This document shows, in pieces, positions 38,716 to 51,993 of a stretch of 64,000 nucleotides of DNA. The stretch lies in assembly GCA_002269645.1 (NCBI GenBank), contig NIVC01000020.1, positions 372,001 through 436,000 of the forward strand. The letters run 5' to 3'. A program made the translations under genes and the position numbers. Position 1 is the first letter of the stretch. The number at the start of each line of letters is the position of its first letter. Source of the stretch: Macrostomum lignano. Lineage: Eukaryota. The notes below the pieces were generated by a model that saw only the letters and a list, made by a program, of their open reading frames with translations, was not told where the DNA came from and did not search any database.

Positions 38716-41432
38716 AGTCTTCAGTGTGCCTATGACTGGCTAATGACAGTTGATGGACATGTTTTATCATGATAGACATCGCAACCCTGTGCTCTGAGAT
38801 TACTATGAACTTCTCTGTACGCTATGGAGGAATTTTCTGACGCAAATTTTTCGCATTTCTACTCCCCCGTCTGTCTCTCACATATCCCCATTTTGCTGAT
38901 CCATGTAAAAAGAACAGAGAGGAATATTAGGGGGTTAGTATGCACTTTTTGGTTGGGGCCTTGGATCTGGGATGAATATAAAGGTCGAAGGGAATGCTAG
39001 CGAGAGCCCGGCCTGCCCTGGCGACAATTACACCGTCACAGCAGGAAGCTGCACCTGATCCAGCCTGCCTACTGCGGCTGGCATTCGCCTTTGCAATTCG
39101 TCCCTGGGCCAGCTGTTTGACGGGTCCCGCGCGCTCACCGCCGCGGAAAGACGCTCTCCCTCCTGTTCCCGCTGTCCTGTTAGCCGTCCCCATTGATTTC
39201 TGCTGCAGTCTGGCGCACTTGCCCGTCTGCGCACTCCGGTCAATAGCAGGCGCGCCTCGCTCGGCAGTGATCGCCCCCTCCCTGCCGACACCTCCCAGTC
39301 TGTCTCACTCGGGATTTCACTTCGCAGGGTCGATGCCTGTCAATCGAAGGCCTGCGCCCTCCTTGTCTTGCGCCTCAGCTCCTCACCTTCCGTTCGAGTA
39401 GAAATACCGGGATGCGGCCCGGCAGCATGGGAGCTGGCAGCTGGGCTTCCATGCATGGGATCCGGCTTTCCCTGCGTCATGGCGCATGTAGCACTGGGGA
39501 CTGGCGAGGTATTGCCCGGGTTTCACTGTCGGGTGGGGGGATAGACACGACTAGGGATCTCATTATCCTCGCTGGAGTAGGGGACTCGGAATGGTGATGG
39601 ATTTTTGTCTCCATGCATGCAAACATTCTCGATGAGACATGGATTAGCCAGCGCAAATAAGTGTTTGTCAGCTTGTAGACCGGTTGTATTGGTCAAAGCT
39701 TTTCATCAATTTTCTGCTCATATTTTTAACTGTGGCTATCTTGCGCGCATTGCCCGGCCTCTATGCTGACGCGATACTTGTTCTGTGCATCTCCGGTCGC
39801 TTACCTTCATCTGCATAGCCTAATGAGTCCTGCGTGAACCTCGGGAGGGGTTGCATTGCATGCTCACAGATTGATTGTTTGCTCCGTGTTGGGAGAGCAA
39901 ATTGGTGTCCCATCATGAATTCCCTGTAGTCAAATCTACAAATGAGATCCTGTGCTCACCGCATCCCCGGACCTGCATTGGCAGCCCGCATTGTAGTCGC
40001 CACAGGCGCCTCGCTTGTCTCTCCCAGTTTTGCCCGGCTCCTGTTGCAACTCTCATCGTCATTAAAATGCTAAATGCCAATCATTTCTATGCACAAATAG
40101 ACGCGTTGCCCCTGCGCAGCGGATTCAATTTCAACTCTTGACTACTTGATCACTGGCTGCATTGGCGTCTCCGGTCCAGTTTAAGCACTGGGAGGCTAGG
40201 GTTGTGCAGCAGCCGTTGCCAAGAGCTGATTAATTTTATGCTTTGTGCGGCATCTGGGTTGCTTTGCCAAGCTCGTTAGCCAACGATGGCCGAGGGTCAG
40301 CTGCTACCGCCTATCCAAAGCCTTGGTAACAATAGGAAGTACCAGTGATGAGCAACTGGACTAGCATTAATCTCTGCTTAGTTGCCTCTGCTTTGAGATT
40401 CTTGCTTTGGTAATTGCTGGCGTCTGACCGCGCCTCCTATTTCAACTCCTGTTGCCTCGGCGTCTCGCATCTCTGCGCTAATGTAGTTAGCGACAATAGG
40501 ATGGGAGGCAGCTGCAGTGTTTTTTTATAACTGACTGCGTGGGCGGATCTGTAATTTGATGCTCTCCCGATGCCCTCGCCCATGCAGCTACCTGGTTCCG
40601 CTTCCCTGAGTAGCCTTCATGCGCCGTCTTTTAGTTGCTTTAGGCCGGCCTTGTATTATTGCCTTGTGCTCCCTTCATCTGTGCGCTGATCTTGAATTTG
40701 CGTCTTGGACTCGCTGTCGGGCCTGTGTTGGCTGTCTGTCTGTCCATCTTGGTGTCGAGGTGAATTGTGTCACATCGGAGCAGTGTCTCAATTCCATATA
40801 CTAAATGCTGCATCGGTTTGTGGGCGTGGCACATGGATGCACATGGGCGGTTTATGGTCTGATATGAAAGTCTGGAAGGAAGGCTTTGATCGGTCAAAGC
40901 GAATATCGTCGGGAATCGATCTCTTGTTTTGTCTACCTTCTTCTGTAGCCTACGAGTATAGGTCATCTCGTATTATTTTATACAGCCGTTTGACCAACCC
41001 TTTCCCAATGTAATTCAAGTCTCAGAGGTTTATCCTGTCTGTTTGATACGATGCTTCCTGCTTACTGGAGCATTGCATCCATGAGCTTACGACAAGGAGA
41101 TTTAGGAGTCCATTAAATATTATTGTAGCAGTGAGAAACACGGGGTCGGACTTGCCCCGAATGCGTGATCGGCTGTGGGTTCTGGCTCAGCTTCTGACTA
41201 GGTTCGACCCACAGCTAGAGCACACATGTCAGACAAGTACAGTAATCTGGAGGTTGATTGGCCCTTCCTTGTGTGCATAAATGTTGCATGCCTCAGAAAC
41301 CCGGGAACGTTGTCCGGATCAATGACAAAGAGTAGCTGTGACTGTCTAAGACTGTTTCTATTATCGCAATCTGCTTTGAAATCTTAAAATCTTGCAATTT
41401 GACTTCTCACTGCCTCTGTTGCAGAGCAGCCA

Positions 41433-42200
41433 ATGGCGCAGCAGGAGAGCACAGCAGGCAGCATGTCCTTCAAGTTTCTGGTGGTGCTGTTCACACGGGT
41501 GCCCTTCGCCAACGCCCTGACGCTGCTGATGCTGTTGAGCGAGCGGGCCAAGCGGGAGTCTGAGCCGCCGCTAGCTCCCCGCCTCATCTACGTGCTGGTG
41601 TTCGGCTGCGTGGCCCTGGGCTTTGCCGTCTCCCTGAACATCCGCAGGCGGCAGGCGCTGCTTATCTACTGCGGCCTGCTCATGTACATGGCCTACCTCA
41701 CCGTCACCGCGCCCGCCCTGCGCTACAAGTCCTGGGTTCGAGCCCGCCTCGCCCTGCCCAGCCTGGGCTGCTGCGCCGTCTTCCTTTACTTCGCCGCCAT
41801 CTGCGACACGCTGGCCTCGACCTCCGGGCAGCTGCGTCAGGCCGGCCGCTCCCTGCTTGGCGTCTTCGCCATCGGCTCCGCCTACGCCTTCGCCACCGTG
41901 CCTGAGGAGGCGGAGGCGCTGCGCCGCAATATCGGCGACTTCGTGCCGCAGGCGCACTGGGTCGTAGCCATCCTCTACTGCATGGCCGGCCTGGCGCTGC
42001 TGTCCAACGTCAGCTTCTACGGCGCCCTCAAGCTGCTGGCCTGCACGATGCTCTGCGTCACCCTCGCCAACGATATGCGGCCCAACTACTGGCTGTACCG
42101 GGTCGGCATGGACTTCTGGTGCCACGCCAGGCTGCTGGTGGACAACCTGACTGTGCTACTGGGCATCAGCATCGTGCTGCAGCGCAAGCGGCTGGGCTGA
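41433..42200 (+). CDS. TMEM101: Transmembrane protein 101
   Basis: 255 aa. LFTRVPF..LMLLSERA, RRR, YKSWVRAR and YW..GMDFW match the recalled TMEM101 pattern. Confidence 0.8.
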   Translation: MAQQESTAGSMSFKFLVVLFTRVPFANALTLLMLLSERAKRESEPPLAPRLIYVLVFGCVALGFAVSLNIRRRQALLIYCGLLMYMAYLTVTAPALRYKSWVRARLALPSLGCCAVFLYFAAICDTLASTSGQLRQAGRSLLGVFAIGSAYAFATVPEEAEALRRNIGDFVPQAHWVVAILYCMAGLALLSNVSFYGALKLLACTMLCVTLANDMRPNYWLYRVGMDFWCHARLLVDNLTVLLGISIVLQRKRLG

Positions 42201-42300
42201 CGGCCTGGCTGACCCGTCTGACTGAAACTGCCTGTTTGCGCTGGGGTCCCCTGCTATATAGGTCCTTAGCTTTCTTTAGCCTTTCGTACTGTCAGAATAA

Positions 42301-42650
42301 GCAGCCAGCCTCCCAGATCCTCAGGCTGAGCAGCCAGCCTCCCAGATCCTCAGGCTGAGCAGCCAGCCTCCCAGATCCTCAGGCTAAGCAGCCAGCCTCC
42401 CAGATCCTCAGGCTGAGCAGCCAGCCTCCCAGATCCTCAGGCTAAGCAGCCAGCCTCCCAGATCCTTAGGCTAAGCAGCCAGCCTCCCAGATCCTCAGGC
42501 TGAGCAGCCAGCCTCCCAGATCCTCAGGCTGAGCAGCCAGCCTCCCAGATCCTCAGGCTGAGCAGCCAGTCTCCCAGATCCTCAGGCTGAGCAGCCAGCC
42601 TCCCAGATCCTCAGGCTAAGCAGCCAGCCTCCCAGATCCTCAGGCTGAGC
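42301..42650. repeat. 29-bp tandem array GCAGCCAGCCTCCCAGATCCTCAGGCTGA, about 12 units
   Basis: Direct reading. Confidence 0.93.
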
Positions 42651-43452
42651 AACTGTATTTTTTACAACACGAGAAGACCAGGCGGCATCCCCAGGCAGTA
42701 TTGCAGTCTCTGTGTGACTGATTCGCTCACACGCTTCAGTTAGCTAATTTAGCTGCATGCTAACCATAAAGTACAATAGGTGCAATTGTAACCTGCAAAG
42801 ATGTTTCATTTCCAGCAGGCAGCTGTAAGCAAATTACTTGAATGGCAATTCAGCATTTCTGTTGCAATCGGTCTGCTTCTCTCGTCTCTCTGACCACAAA
42901 AAAAACTTTTAAAATGTAAAACGCCATCTGCCAAAATTGGCAAAAGAGCTTCTGTTTTCGCTAGCGCCTCATGCACTCACCACGCAGTGCTAGAAGTGCC
43001 CCGGCCCCGGCTGCGCCTGCAGCTCACAGTTGGCCAGTGATGCAGCTGAACCAGCTTCCTGCATGCAGCGGCTCAGCTGCTTGACCCCGCATTCACTGCT
43101 CCGCCGGGTCCGCAACTTGTCAGTCATGACTAATTGATGACTCCCGGCATTGTTCCCCTGCTAACGAAATTGCTGCTCCTAGTAGCAGCAGGCATGTGTT
43201 CCGGGGAGGTCCGCAGTCTCCACCCTTCACCCGTGTTGCCCAGCCAGCTTTGCGCACTCTGTGTAATTTTGTCGAGGCAGCTGGCTGTCTGTACAGCAGC
43301 CGCACCTTTGCTTTCTGTGCCTGAAATGCGGCTGTCTGGCTCTGTTTATGCGCAGCAGATATAAATTGAAAGGCAAATATGTAGCCAAGATGAGCAAAGT
43401 CTTCTAATCGTTCTTGGCTTTCGCTACTTTATTCCTTTCGTGTTTGTTCAGA

Positions 43453-44030
43453 CTTCTGGAATAGCTGTCTGAATTGGAAACTCACCGATACTTGTGCTGG
43501 TGGGATGGGGATCATGGACTTCTAGAATAGCTGTCTAAATTGGAAACTATCTGATACTTGTGCTGGTGGGATGGGGATCATGGACTTCTAGAATAGCTGT
43601 CTGGATTGGAAACTCTCCGATACTTGTGCTGGTGGGATGGGGATCATGGACTTCTAGAATAGCTGTCTGGATTGGAAACTCTCCGATTTATGTGCTGGTG
43701 GGATGGGGATCATGGACTTCTAGAATAGCTCTCTAGCTGAAATAGATTGGAAACTCTCCAATACTTGTGCTGGTGGGATGGGGATCATGGACTTCTAGAA
43801 TAGCTCTCTAGCTGAAATAGATTGGAAACTCTCCAATACTTGTGCTGGTGGGATGGGGATCATGGACTTCTAGAATAACTGTCTGAATTGGAAACCCGCC
43901 GATACTTGTGCTGGTGGGATGGGGATCATGGACTTCTAGAATAGCTGTCTAGATTGGAAACTATCTGATACTTGTGCTAGTGGGATGGGGATCATGGACT
44001 TCTAGAATAGCTGTCTAGATTGGAAACTTA
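43453..44030. repeat. 66-bp tandem array, about 9 units
   Basis: CTTCTAGAATAGC recurs at 43519, 43585 and onward. Confidence 0.9.
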
Positions 44031-44271
44031 CGGGAATCGAACCCAGGAACATAGGGCGCGTGCAGTCGGAGTTTCCAATCCAGTTTTTGTACAAAGGACT
44101 CTATGTTTTTCTGACATCAATGAGCCAATATGAGGATAGCTGATGCTTACAATTTAAGCAATATAATTTAAGCAAATTTACAATTTATTTACAATTTTCA
44201 TGGTCCACGCGACCGCACTGCACTACTATTACTACTGCCAGTTGTGAGTAGTCTCCAGAGCATCAGCAGCG

Positions 44272-44541
44272 ATGTGGTACGAAATTATTCCCTCGGCGGC
44301 CCTCGTGTTCATCTGCATGAACGCCTTCCAAGTGCTGCACTGGGCGGGCAACTACACACTGCGGGACCGGCGCTGGTACCAGCGCGCCGTCCTCAACGAC
44401 GCCTACGACTTCCCGCTGTTCGCCCGCGACCAGCGCCTCGTCCACCAGGCCGGCTACCGCAACCTGTTCGGCGGCGCCCTGTCCGGCAACAAGGCCATCT
44501 ACAAGACCATCTCGCTGGAGGGCATCCCGGATCAGAAGTGA
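44272..44541 (+). CDS. NDUFA1: NADH:ubiquinone oxidoreductase subunit A1 (MWFE)
   Basis: MWYEIIP start, a single TM helix, then a W.R..RD.R motif. Confidence 0.88.
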   Translation: MWYEIIPSAALVFICMNAFQVLHWAGNYTLRDRRWYQRAVLNDAYDFPLFARDQRLVHQAGYRNLFGGALSGNKAIYKTISLEGIPDQK

Positions 44542-44894
44542 ACGCTGACTCATCTGACTCATCTATATTTTGAAATATGTAAACTGCTTATTTCCCCCGT
44601 AGCATAGCCGTGTAGTGCCGGGCCAGTGAGCTGCTGGGTCTTAAAACAGCGTCTGGAATGAACTCAAAATCTGAGCTGCTTTGTTGATTTGTAAAACTAA
44701 AGTGTGTAATTGGGACAGAAATATTAAATTAATATAATAAATATGATGACTGTGCACTGTAGCCCCTGTACTCTTAGCCATAATTAATCGTTACAGTCTT
44801 TGCTTCATTATTTGACTTCAGCTTACACATCTGGCTCGGACTTTCAACAGCTCTGTGAGGACACTGAAGCTCTAGGGGTGGAATCTACCTCGAG

Positions 44895-45740
44895 GAGTAG
44901 GGATGGGGTCTCCCTTGGTGAAGTATAGGGATGGGGTCTCTCTTGGATGAGTAGGGATGGGGTCTCTCTTGGATGAGTAGGGATGGGGTCTCTCTTGGAT
45001 GAGTAGGGATGGGGTCTCTCTTGGATGAGTAGGGATGGGGTCTCTCTTGGATGAGTAGGGATGGAGTCTCTCTTGGATGAGTAGGGATGGAGTCTCTCTT
45101 GGATGAGTAGGGATGGGATCTACCTCGAGGAGTAGGGATGGGGTCTCAATGGATGAGTAGGGATGGAGTCTCTCTTGGATGAGTAGGGATGGGGTCTCTC
45201 TTCGATGAGTAGGGATGGGGTCTCTCTTGGATGAGTAGGGATGGGGTCTCTCTTGGATGAGTAGGGATGGAGTCTCTCTTGGATGAGTAGGGATGGAGTC
45301 TCTCTTGGATGAGTAGGGATGGGATCTACCTCGAGGAGTAGGGATGGGGTCTCTCTTGGATGAGTAGGGATGGAGTCTCTCTTGGATGAGTAGGGATGGG
45401 ATCTACCTCGAGGAGTAGGGATGGGGTCTCTCTTGGATGAGTAGGGATGGAGTCTCCCTTGGAAGAGTAGGGATGGGGTCTCCCTTGGATAAGTAAGGGA
45501 TGGGGTCTCCCTGGATGAGTAGGGATGGGATCTCCCTTGAAGGAGTAGGGATGGGGTCTCCCTTGGAAGAGTAGAGATGGGATCTCCAGAAGGAGTAGAG
45601 ATAGGATATCCTTGGTGGAGTAGGGATGGGATCTCTCTGAAGGAGTAGAGATGGGATCTCTCTGAAGGAGTAAGAGATGGGATCTCCCTGGAAGAGTAGG
45701 GATGGGATCTCCCTTGGATAAGTAGGGATGGGATCTCCCT
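44895..45740. repeat. 26-bp tandem array GAGTAGGGATGGGGTCTCTCTTGGAT, about 30 units
   Basis: Direct reading. Confidence 0.92.
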
Positions 45741-45944
45741 AAGGTGCTTGAGTATCAGCTAAAGGATTGGATGTTCCCAAATGGACTAGAAACTCCCTGA
45801 AAGTTACTCTAGCATCTAGCATTACTCTAGCCTGATTCCCATGCTTTACCTTAAATGGCTCTCGAACCCGGCCCCGCACATACTGCAGCTACCGGGCGGT
45901 CGCGAGGTCCATAGCGTCAGTTCCTGACCGGTCCGCTTCCTCCG

Positions 45945-46997
45945 ATGGACCAGCAGCGCCTGGACACCCGGCCGAAAGCCGCCTGGGTGTCCGGCCTGAG
46001 GGAGCCCGACGCCGCCAGCCCTGCGGCCAAAAAGCGACAGCGGCCGGCGCAGCCGCAGAAGCAGCAGCTGACAGAATCTGCGCCACCTCCGCAGCCTCCC
46101 CAGCAGCTCCGATCTTTTGCCGACCTCGGCCCCGCGGAGCGGCAGCGCTTGGCCGAGCTGGTGTCCGAGCTCGGCCACCTGGCCGAGGCGAAGGCGCGCG
46201 CCGAGAAGGGACTCGCCGAGGAGCGCCAGCTGCGCCGTCGCGAGGTGGACAGCCTGCGCGCCGACCTCGAGCGGCAGCGGCGCACCCTGGCAGAGCTGGA
46301 GGTCCGCCTGGCAGCCGATGCTGAGCGGCGGCGGGGTCCGCGCAGCGTCGCTAGCCAGTGCGACGAGTCGACAAAGCCATCGCCCCCGCCGCCGCCAAAG
46401 CAGGCCCCTCCTGTGTCGTCCGGCGGTCGGCGGCGCGCCTTCACAGAGCGAATCGACCGAGAAATCGGCGCTGCCCCGTCTGGCGCCAAGCCGCAGCCCG
46501 GCGAGGACGATGACGCCATCCTGGCGCTGCTGCGGCAGCAGCTGCGGCTCACCGACCGGACCCAGCGGCACCTCTGCCGGCAACTGCGCGAGCTCAGCGG
46601 AGTCAGCGCCAAGAAGCTGCCCGACAACGAAGGCCCGCGGGACCGCGGCGCCGCAGCCGCCGGTGGCCGCAGCGGAGGCAACCGGATTCTGCGCCAGCCG
46701 CACGCCGACTCCGCCGACGAGTTCTTCGTCCTGCCGGAGGTGCTCAGGCCGCCGCAGCCGCCGGCGCGGTCGCGGATTCGGCGAACCCCCGTGCGGCCGC
46801 CGCCTCCCAGATCGCCGTCGCCGCGGCCGGACTCGCTGCTGGACATCGTCGAGTCGCTCGACGGCCCTCAGTTCGACGAGGAGGAGGAGATCGAAGGCGA
46901 GGCTTTCGACGGCTTCGGCGACGCTGACGAAGGCGAAGGTGACGAGTCTGGCGATGACGACTCCGGAGTGCTGGAGGACCTGTTCTTCCTGTCCTGA
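45945..46997 (+). CDS. KIAA1328: Hinderin (KIAA1328)-like coiled-coil protein
   Basis: SFADLGPAERQRLAELVSEL matches the hinderin motif (LKDLCxEDKRRIANLIKEL), and the C-terminus LEDLFFL matches LEDIFFI, both from recall. Confidence 0.75.
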   Translation: MDQQRLDTRPKAAWVSGLREPDAASPAAKKRQRPAQPQKQQLTESAPPPQPPQQLRSFADLGPAERQRLAELVSELGHLAEAKARAEKGLAEERQLRRREVDSLRADLERQRRTLAELEVRLAADAERRRGPRSVASQCDESTKPSPPPPPKQAPPVSSGGRRRAFTERIDREIGAAPSGAKPQPGEDDDAILALLRQQLRLTDRTQRHLCRQLRELSGVSAKKLPDNEGPRDRGAAAAGGRSGGNRILRQPHADSADEFFVLPEVLRPPQPPARSRIRRTPVRPPPPRSPSPRPDSLLDIVESLDGPQFDEEEEIEGEAFDGFGDADEGEGDESGDDDSGVLEDLFFLS

Positions 46998-47827
46998 GCG
47001 CTTGCGTCTTCCAGGCTCCTCCGAGATGCCATTTCATTGTGTTATTAGGGTTCAAAAATTAATCTTTTGCAGTTGCTGGAACATCTGTACTGTTGTTATG
47101 TGTAGCTGCTTAACTATTGATATGCAAGTCTGTTTCACAAATAAACTGCACTGCGATTTAATTCCGTCCTTTTTTATAACATTATAGCAGATTTTCTTTG
47201 CAATTGAGTTTTCTTTTGTACTGGACTAGTAGGTCTGATTAAATTTATCATTAGTTAATTTCGGGGTTTTAAGCTGTTGGAAGGGAACCCGCTAAAAAGA
47301 TACCATGACAAAAACCATTCTGCGGCTTCTCTTGTGACTTTTTAACGACTCAAACGTGTCTCATGCGACGGAGTTGCGTCACAAGCGCGTCACGTGAGTT
47401 GTAGAAGCGTGAAAGAGCCCTCCAAGAATCGCTGTGTTGGCGCTTAACTTTCCATAGAGATGTAACGCTTCGAACACAACTCAGTGACTCTGCAGCGACT
47501 CCAGCACGCCTCAAATACGACTCTACGGCCACAGAGTCGTTATGCCGTCGCCCCAGAGTCGTTGCAGATTCGCAGACAATAAAGCGCTTTAAAGTGGCTC
47601 TTAGGCGACTTGTACCGTGAGTGACATCTCGTCGTTTTCGAGTCGTTTAGAGTCACTTCTGTCCTATTTTACGACGCAAGTGGCTCTGGGACGCTTCGCT
47701 TAGGTACCGTTTTCACCGGGAACCAAAGTCTGTATACCTTAAAGGGTACGTACACTGCCTGGTAGGCCAGCTCATTTTATCACCTGATTGCCTGCCTGCC
47801 GGTTTTGCAGCCAGGGCCGCGCCGCCA

Positions 47828-49416
47828 ATGGCAGAGCTCGGCCATTTGTGCGACATCGGCGACTTTCTGGTCTGCCGCCTGCCCGATGCGGCCAGTCCTG
47901 AGCCTGCGGCCGCGGCGGAACCCGCCAACATCAAGGATGAGTACGTGATCCGGCCATCAAGGATGCCGAAGAGTGCGGAACAGCTGGCTGACGGTTTGGA
48001 GAAACCTGATGCCGAAGGGAATCGAGAGGACCCACCGACCTCCGCTGAACTTGCTGGCGGGGCCGGTCAGAGCAGCTCAAAGCTGCTGGTGCAGACAAAG
48101 AAACGGCTCGACTGCGAGCACTGCGGCAAGTCGTTTGCCTACCCGACCGGCCTGAGACGGCACCGGCTTATGCACAGCGGCGAGCGGCCCTTCCAGTGCC
48201 AGCACTGCGACCAGAGCTTCCGCCAGCTCAGCACCCTCAACACCCATCTCCGGGTGCACAGCGGCGAGCGGCCGTTCAAATGCGACCGCTGCGACAAGTG
48301 CTTCATCCAGTCCACCCACCTGAGGAGACACCTGCTGGTCCATCACGTCAAGGAGAAGCCGCACAGGTGCCAAAAGTGCGGCAGAGGCTTCTGGGAGCTC
48401 TACACTCTGCGGGCGCACTGCAGGTCGGCTCAGTGCGGCGTGCAGGCTGGCAGCAGGGAAGACTCCGACGGGCCAGACAGTGCCTGGTGTCCTGCAAGCT
48501 GCTCCCCACCTACCGCAGCCTCCGCCTGCACATGAGGGCCCACAACGGCGTCCAGGCGTTCAGCTGCGACGTCTGCCAGCGGACCTACGCCTCCAAGTCC
48601 GCTCTGTGCCGGCACCGGGGCGCCAAGCACGCGTCTAGGATGCGAGTCTGGCGCGACATGGCCAACTGTCCGGACTGTCCGGTCTGCTGCCAGAGCTTCG
48701 GCCAGCTGCGCCTGCCGCTGTACCTGGAGCACGTGCTCAGCCACGTGATGAAGAGCGACCCAGAGTCGCCAGGAGGTCATCAGGGCGCCGGCAGCGGCCC
48801 AGACTCGCCAGGAGGTCATCAGGGCGCGGGCAGCAGCCCAAACTCACCAGGAAGTCATCAGGGCGCCGGCAGCGGCCCAGAGTCGCCAGGAGGTCATCAG
48901 GGCGCCGGCAGCGGCCCAGAGTCGCCAGGAGGTCATCAGGGCGCTGGCAGCAGCCCAAACTCGCCAGGAAGTCATCAAGGCGCCGGCAGCAGGGCCGCCC
49001 CAGTGCCGGCGGAGGCCAGCTGTGAGCAGTGCGGCAAGGTGTTCAGCAATCCGTATAAGCTGAAGCGCCACCTGCTGTGCCACGCCAGCACGCGGGCCTT
49101 CGCCTGCGAGCGCTGCGGCCTGCTGTTCTCCCGACTCGACCACCTGAAGAGGCACTCGCTGACGCACGCCAACGAGGCTGGGAGGCCGGGCGCTGGTGGG
49201 GCCGAGCCAGCAGCCGCCGGCACAGCTGGCGGGGGGAGCCGCTGCGGGCACTGCGGCCGGGTGTTCGCCAGCCCGGCCTGGCTGCGGCGCCACCTGCCGT
49301 CCCACGCCGGCGACGGGCCGTTCGCCTGCGAGCTCTGCGGCAGGCGCTTCCTGAAGAGCAAACACCTGAAGAGGCATTCGCTGCTGCACGCCAAGAAGGC
49401 GGCAGCTGGTCATTGA
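47828..49416 (+). CDS. Multi-C2H2 zinc-finger protein; one frameshift near 48478; 13-aa GGHQGAGSGPESP repeats
   Basis: Repeated CxxC...HxxxH fingers with SGERPF linkers across two overlapping frames. Confidence 0.85.
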
Positions 49417-49817
49417 TAGGCAGACTCTGATTGAGAAGTTTTGAATTAATATTTTCTGCGATTTTTATGCGGAATCAGGTAGTTGGCTCTTGTTTGCCAT
49501 GCATTAATTGATTTTTTCCTGAGTTACAATTTTCTGCTCTGATTCTGCTGGTCATTTTTACAGCTGCAGTGTGCCGCTTTCCGTCATGGCATTTTGTGCT
49601 TTTGCTTTTGCCTGCTATGCAGCGCTGCTTACAAGGTTTACAAAATATGCTTTATTTTCTGAGAATCACACCTGACAATCGCACTTAAGAAGCACATCTG
49701 TGAATTACACCTGTGAATCGCACCTATGGATTATATCTGAGAATTTGTGAAGAATCCTGCGATAGGGGCCCCTCGGCCTGATTGCGGCGCCTGCGCCCCT
49801 CCCATTGGTACTGCTCT

Positions 49818-51205
49818 GAGAATCACACACAAGCATCACACATGAGAATCACAGCTCTAAGAATCACACCTGAGAATCACACACGAGCATCACACATGAG
49901 AATCACAGCTCTAAGAATCAAACCTGAGAATCACACCTGAGAATCACACACGAGAATCACACCCGAGAATCACAGTTCTGAGAATCACACATGAGAATCA
50001 CGCATGAAAATCACACATGAGAATCACAGCTCTAAGAATCACACACGAGAATCACAGCTCTGAGAATCACACACAAGCATCACACATGAGAATCACAGCT
50101 CTAAGAATCACACCTGAGAATCACACCTGAGAATCACACACGAGAATCACACCCGAGAATCACACGTCAGAATCACACATGAGAATCACGCATGAAAATC
50201 ACACATGAGAATCACAGCTCTAAGAATCACACACGAGAATCACAGCTCTGAGAGTCACACACAAGCATCACACATGAGAATCACAGCTCTAAGAATCACA
50301 CCTGAGAATCACACACGAGAATCACACCCGAGAATCACAGTTCTGAGAATCACACGTCAGAATCACACATGAGAATCACGCATGAAAATCACACATGAGA
50401 ATCACAGCTCTAAGAATCACACACGAGAATCACAGCTCTGAGAATCACACACAAGCATCACACATGAGAATCACAGCTCTAAGAATCACACCTGAGAATA
50501 ACACTGAGAATCACACACGAGAATCACACACGAGAATCACAGTTCTGAGAATCACACATGAGAATCACACCTGACAATCACACATGAAAATCACACCTGA
50601 GAATCACACCTGAGAATCACACCTGAAAATCACAGCTCTGAAAAATCACACTTGAAAATCACACATGAGAATCAGAGCTCTGAGAGTCACACACAAGCAT
50701 CACACATGAGAATCACAGCTCTAAGAATCACACCTGAGAATCACACACGAGAATCACACCCGAGAATCACAGTTCTGAGAATCACACGTCAGAATCACAC
50801 ATGAGAATCACGCATGAAAATCACACATGAGAATCACAGCTCTAAGAATCACACACGAGAATCACAGCTCTGAGAATCACACACAAGCATCACACATGAG
50901 AATCACAGCTTTAAGAATCACACCTGAGAATAACACTGAGAATCACACACGAGAATCACACACGAGAATCACAGTTCTGAGAATCACACATGAGAATCAC
51001 ACCTGACAATCACACATGAGAATCACACCTGAGAATCACACCTGAGAATCACACCTGAGAATCACACCTGAAAATCACAGCTCTGAAAAATCACACTTGA
51101 AAATCACACATGAGAATCAGAGCTCTGAGAGTCACACCTGAGAATCACACGCGAGAATCACAGCTCTGAAAATCACACGTGAGAATCACCACACCTTAGA
51201 ATCAC
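49818..51205. repeat. GAGAATCACAC-core 13-15-bp satellite with higher-order blocks
   Basis: Direct reading. Confidence 0.92.
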
Positions 51206-51505
51206 GCTCAGCCTCATGCTGATAATAATTCGCAATTTCGCCTTGTATTCCTTGGGGTGTCCTTCCAGTTATAAACAAGTATAAATTCCTATTTATCTCT
51301 TTGCAATTCCTATCCAGACATTGTCAATGTTTTACGCACTGAAATTAATGGCGTCGTGGTGAAATATGGCGTTTTAAATGCATCAAATTCCCTTTTTATT
51401 GGTTTGCAATATTTTTTCTTTTTACGATTTCATAATAAAAATGTTTGTTACTGTGTTAAACGAATTTATTGGATTTGCAAGATTTTGTCGATTTGTTAAT
51501 CATCA

Positions 51506-51925
51506 GCTGCATCAGGCCAGTCCCCAGCATCCTCATCTGCATCAGGCCAGCCCTCAGCATCCTCAACTGCTTCATGCCAGTCTTGACACCCTCAACTGCA
51601 TCAGGCCAGTCCCCAGCATCCTCATCTGCATCAGGCCGGTCCCCAGCATCCTCATCTGCATCAGGCCGGTCCCCAGCATCCTCATCTGCATCAGGCCAGT
51701 CCCCAGCATCCTCATCTGCATCAGGCCAGTCCCCAGCATCCTCAACTGCATCATGCCAGTCCCCAGCATCCTCAACTACATCATGCCAGTCCCCAGCATC
51801 CTCAACTCCATGCCAGTCCCCAGCATCCTCAACTGCATCATGCCAGTCCCCAGCATCCTCAACTGCATCATGCCAGTCCCCAGCATCCTCAACTGCATCA
51901 TGCCAGTCCCCAGCATCCTCATCCA
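51506..51925. repeat. 30-bp tandem array CATCAGGCCAGTCCCCAGCATCCTCATCTG, about 14 units
   Basis: Direct reading; in frame with HDHD3 as ASGQSPASSS repeats. Confidence 0.9.
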
Positions 51926-51993
51926 GCCATTGCCCAGCCTTCCAATCCCCATCAAGCAAGATCCCAGCCTCCCAATCCCCATCGCCTCGTCGC

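Noticed and set aside
38930-41100. Moderately GC-rich non-repetitive stretch, possibly a decayed element or gene
   Set aside because: Only short ORFs with no motif that could be identified with confidence; needs TBLASTX or Dfam.
45846-47187. Overlapping ORFs around KIAA1328, and similar ones around HDHD3, TMEM101 and the ZNF
   Set aside because: Expected stop-poor alternative frames of high-GC coding sequence.
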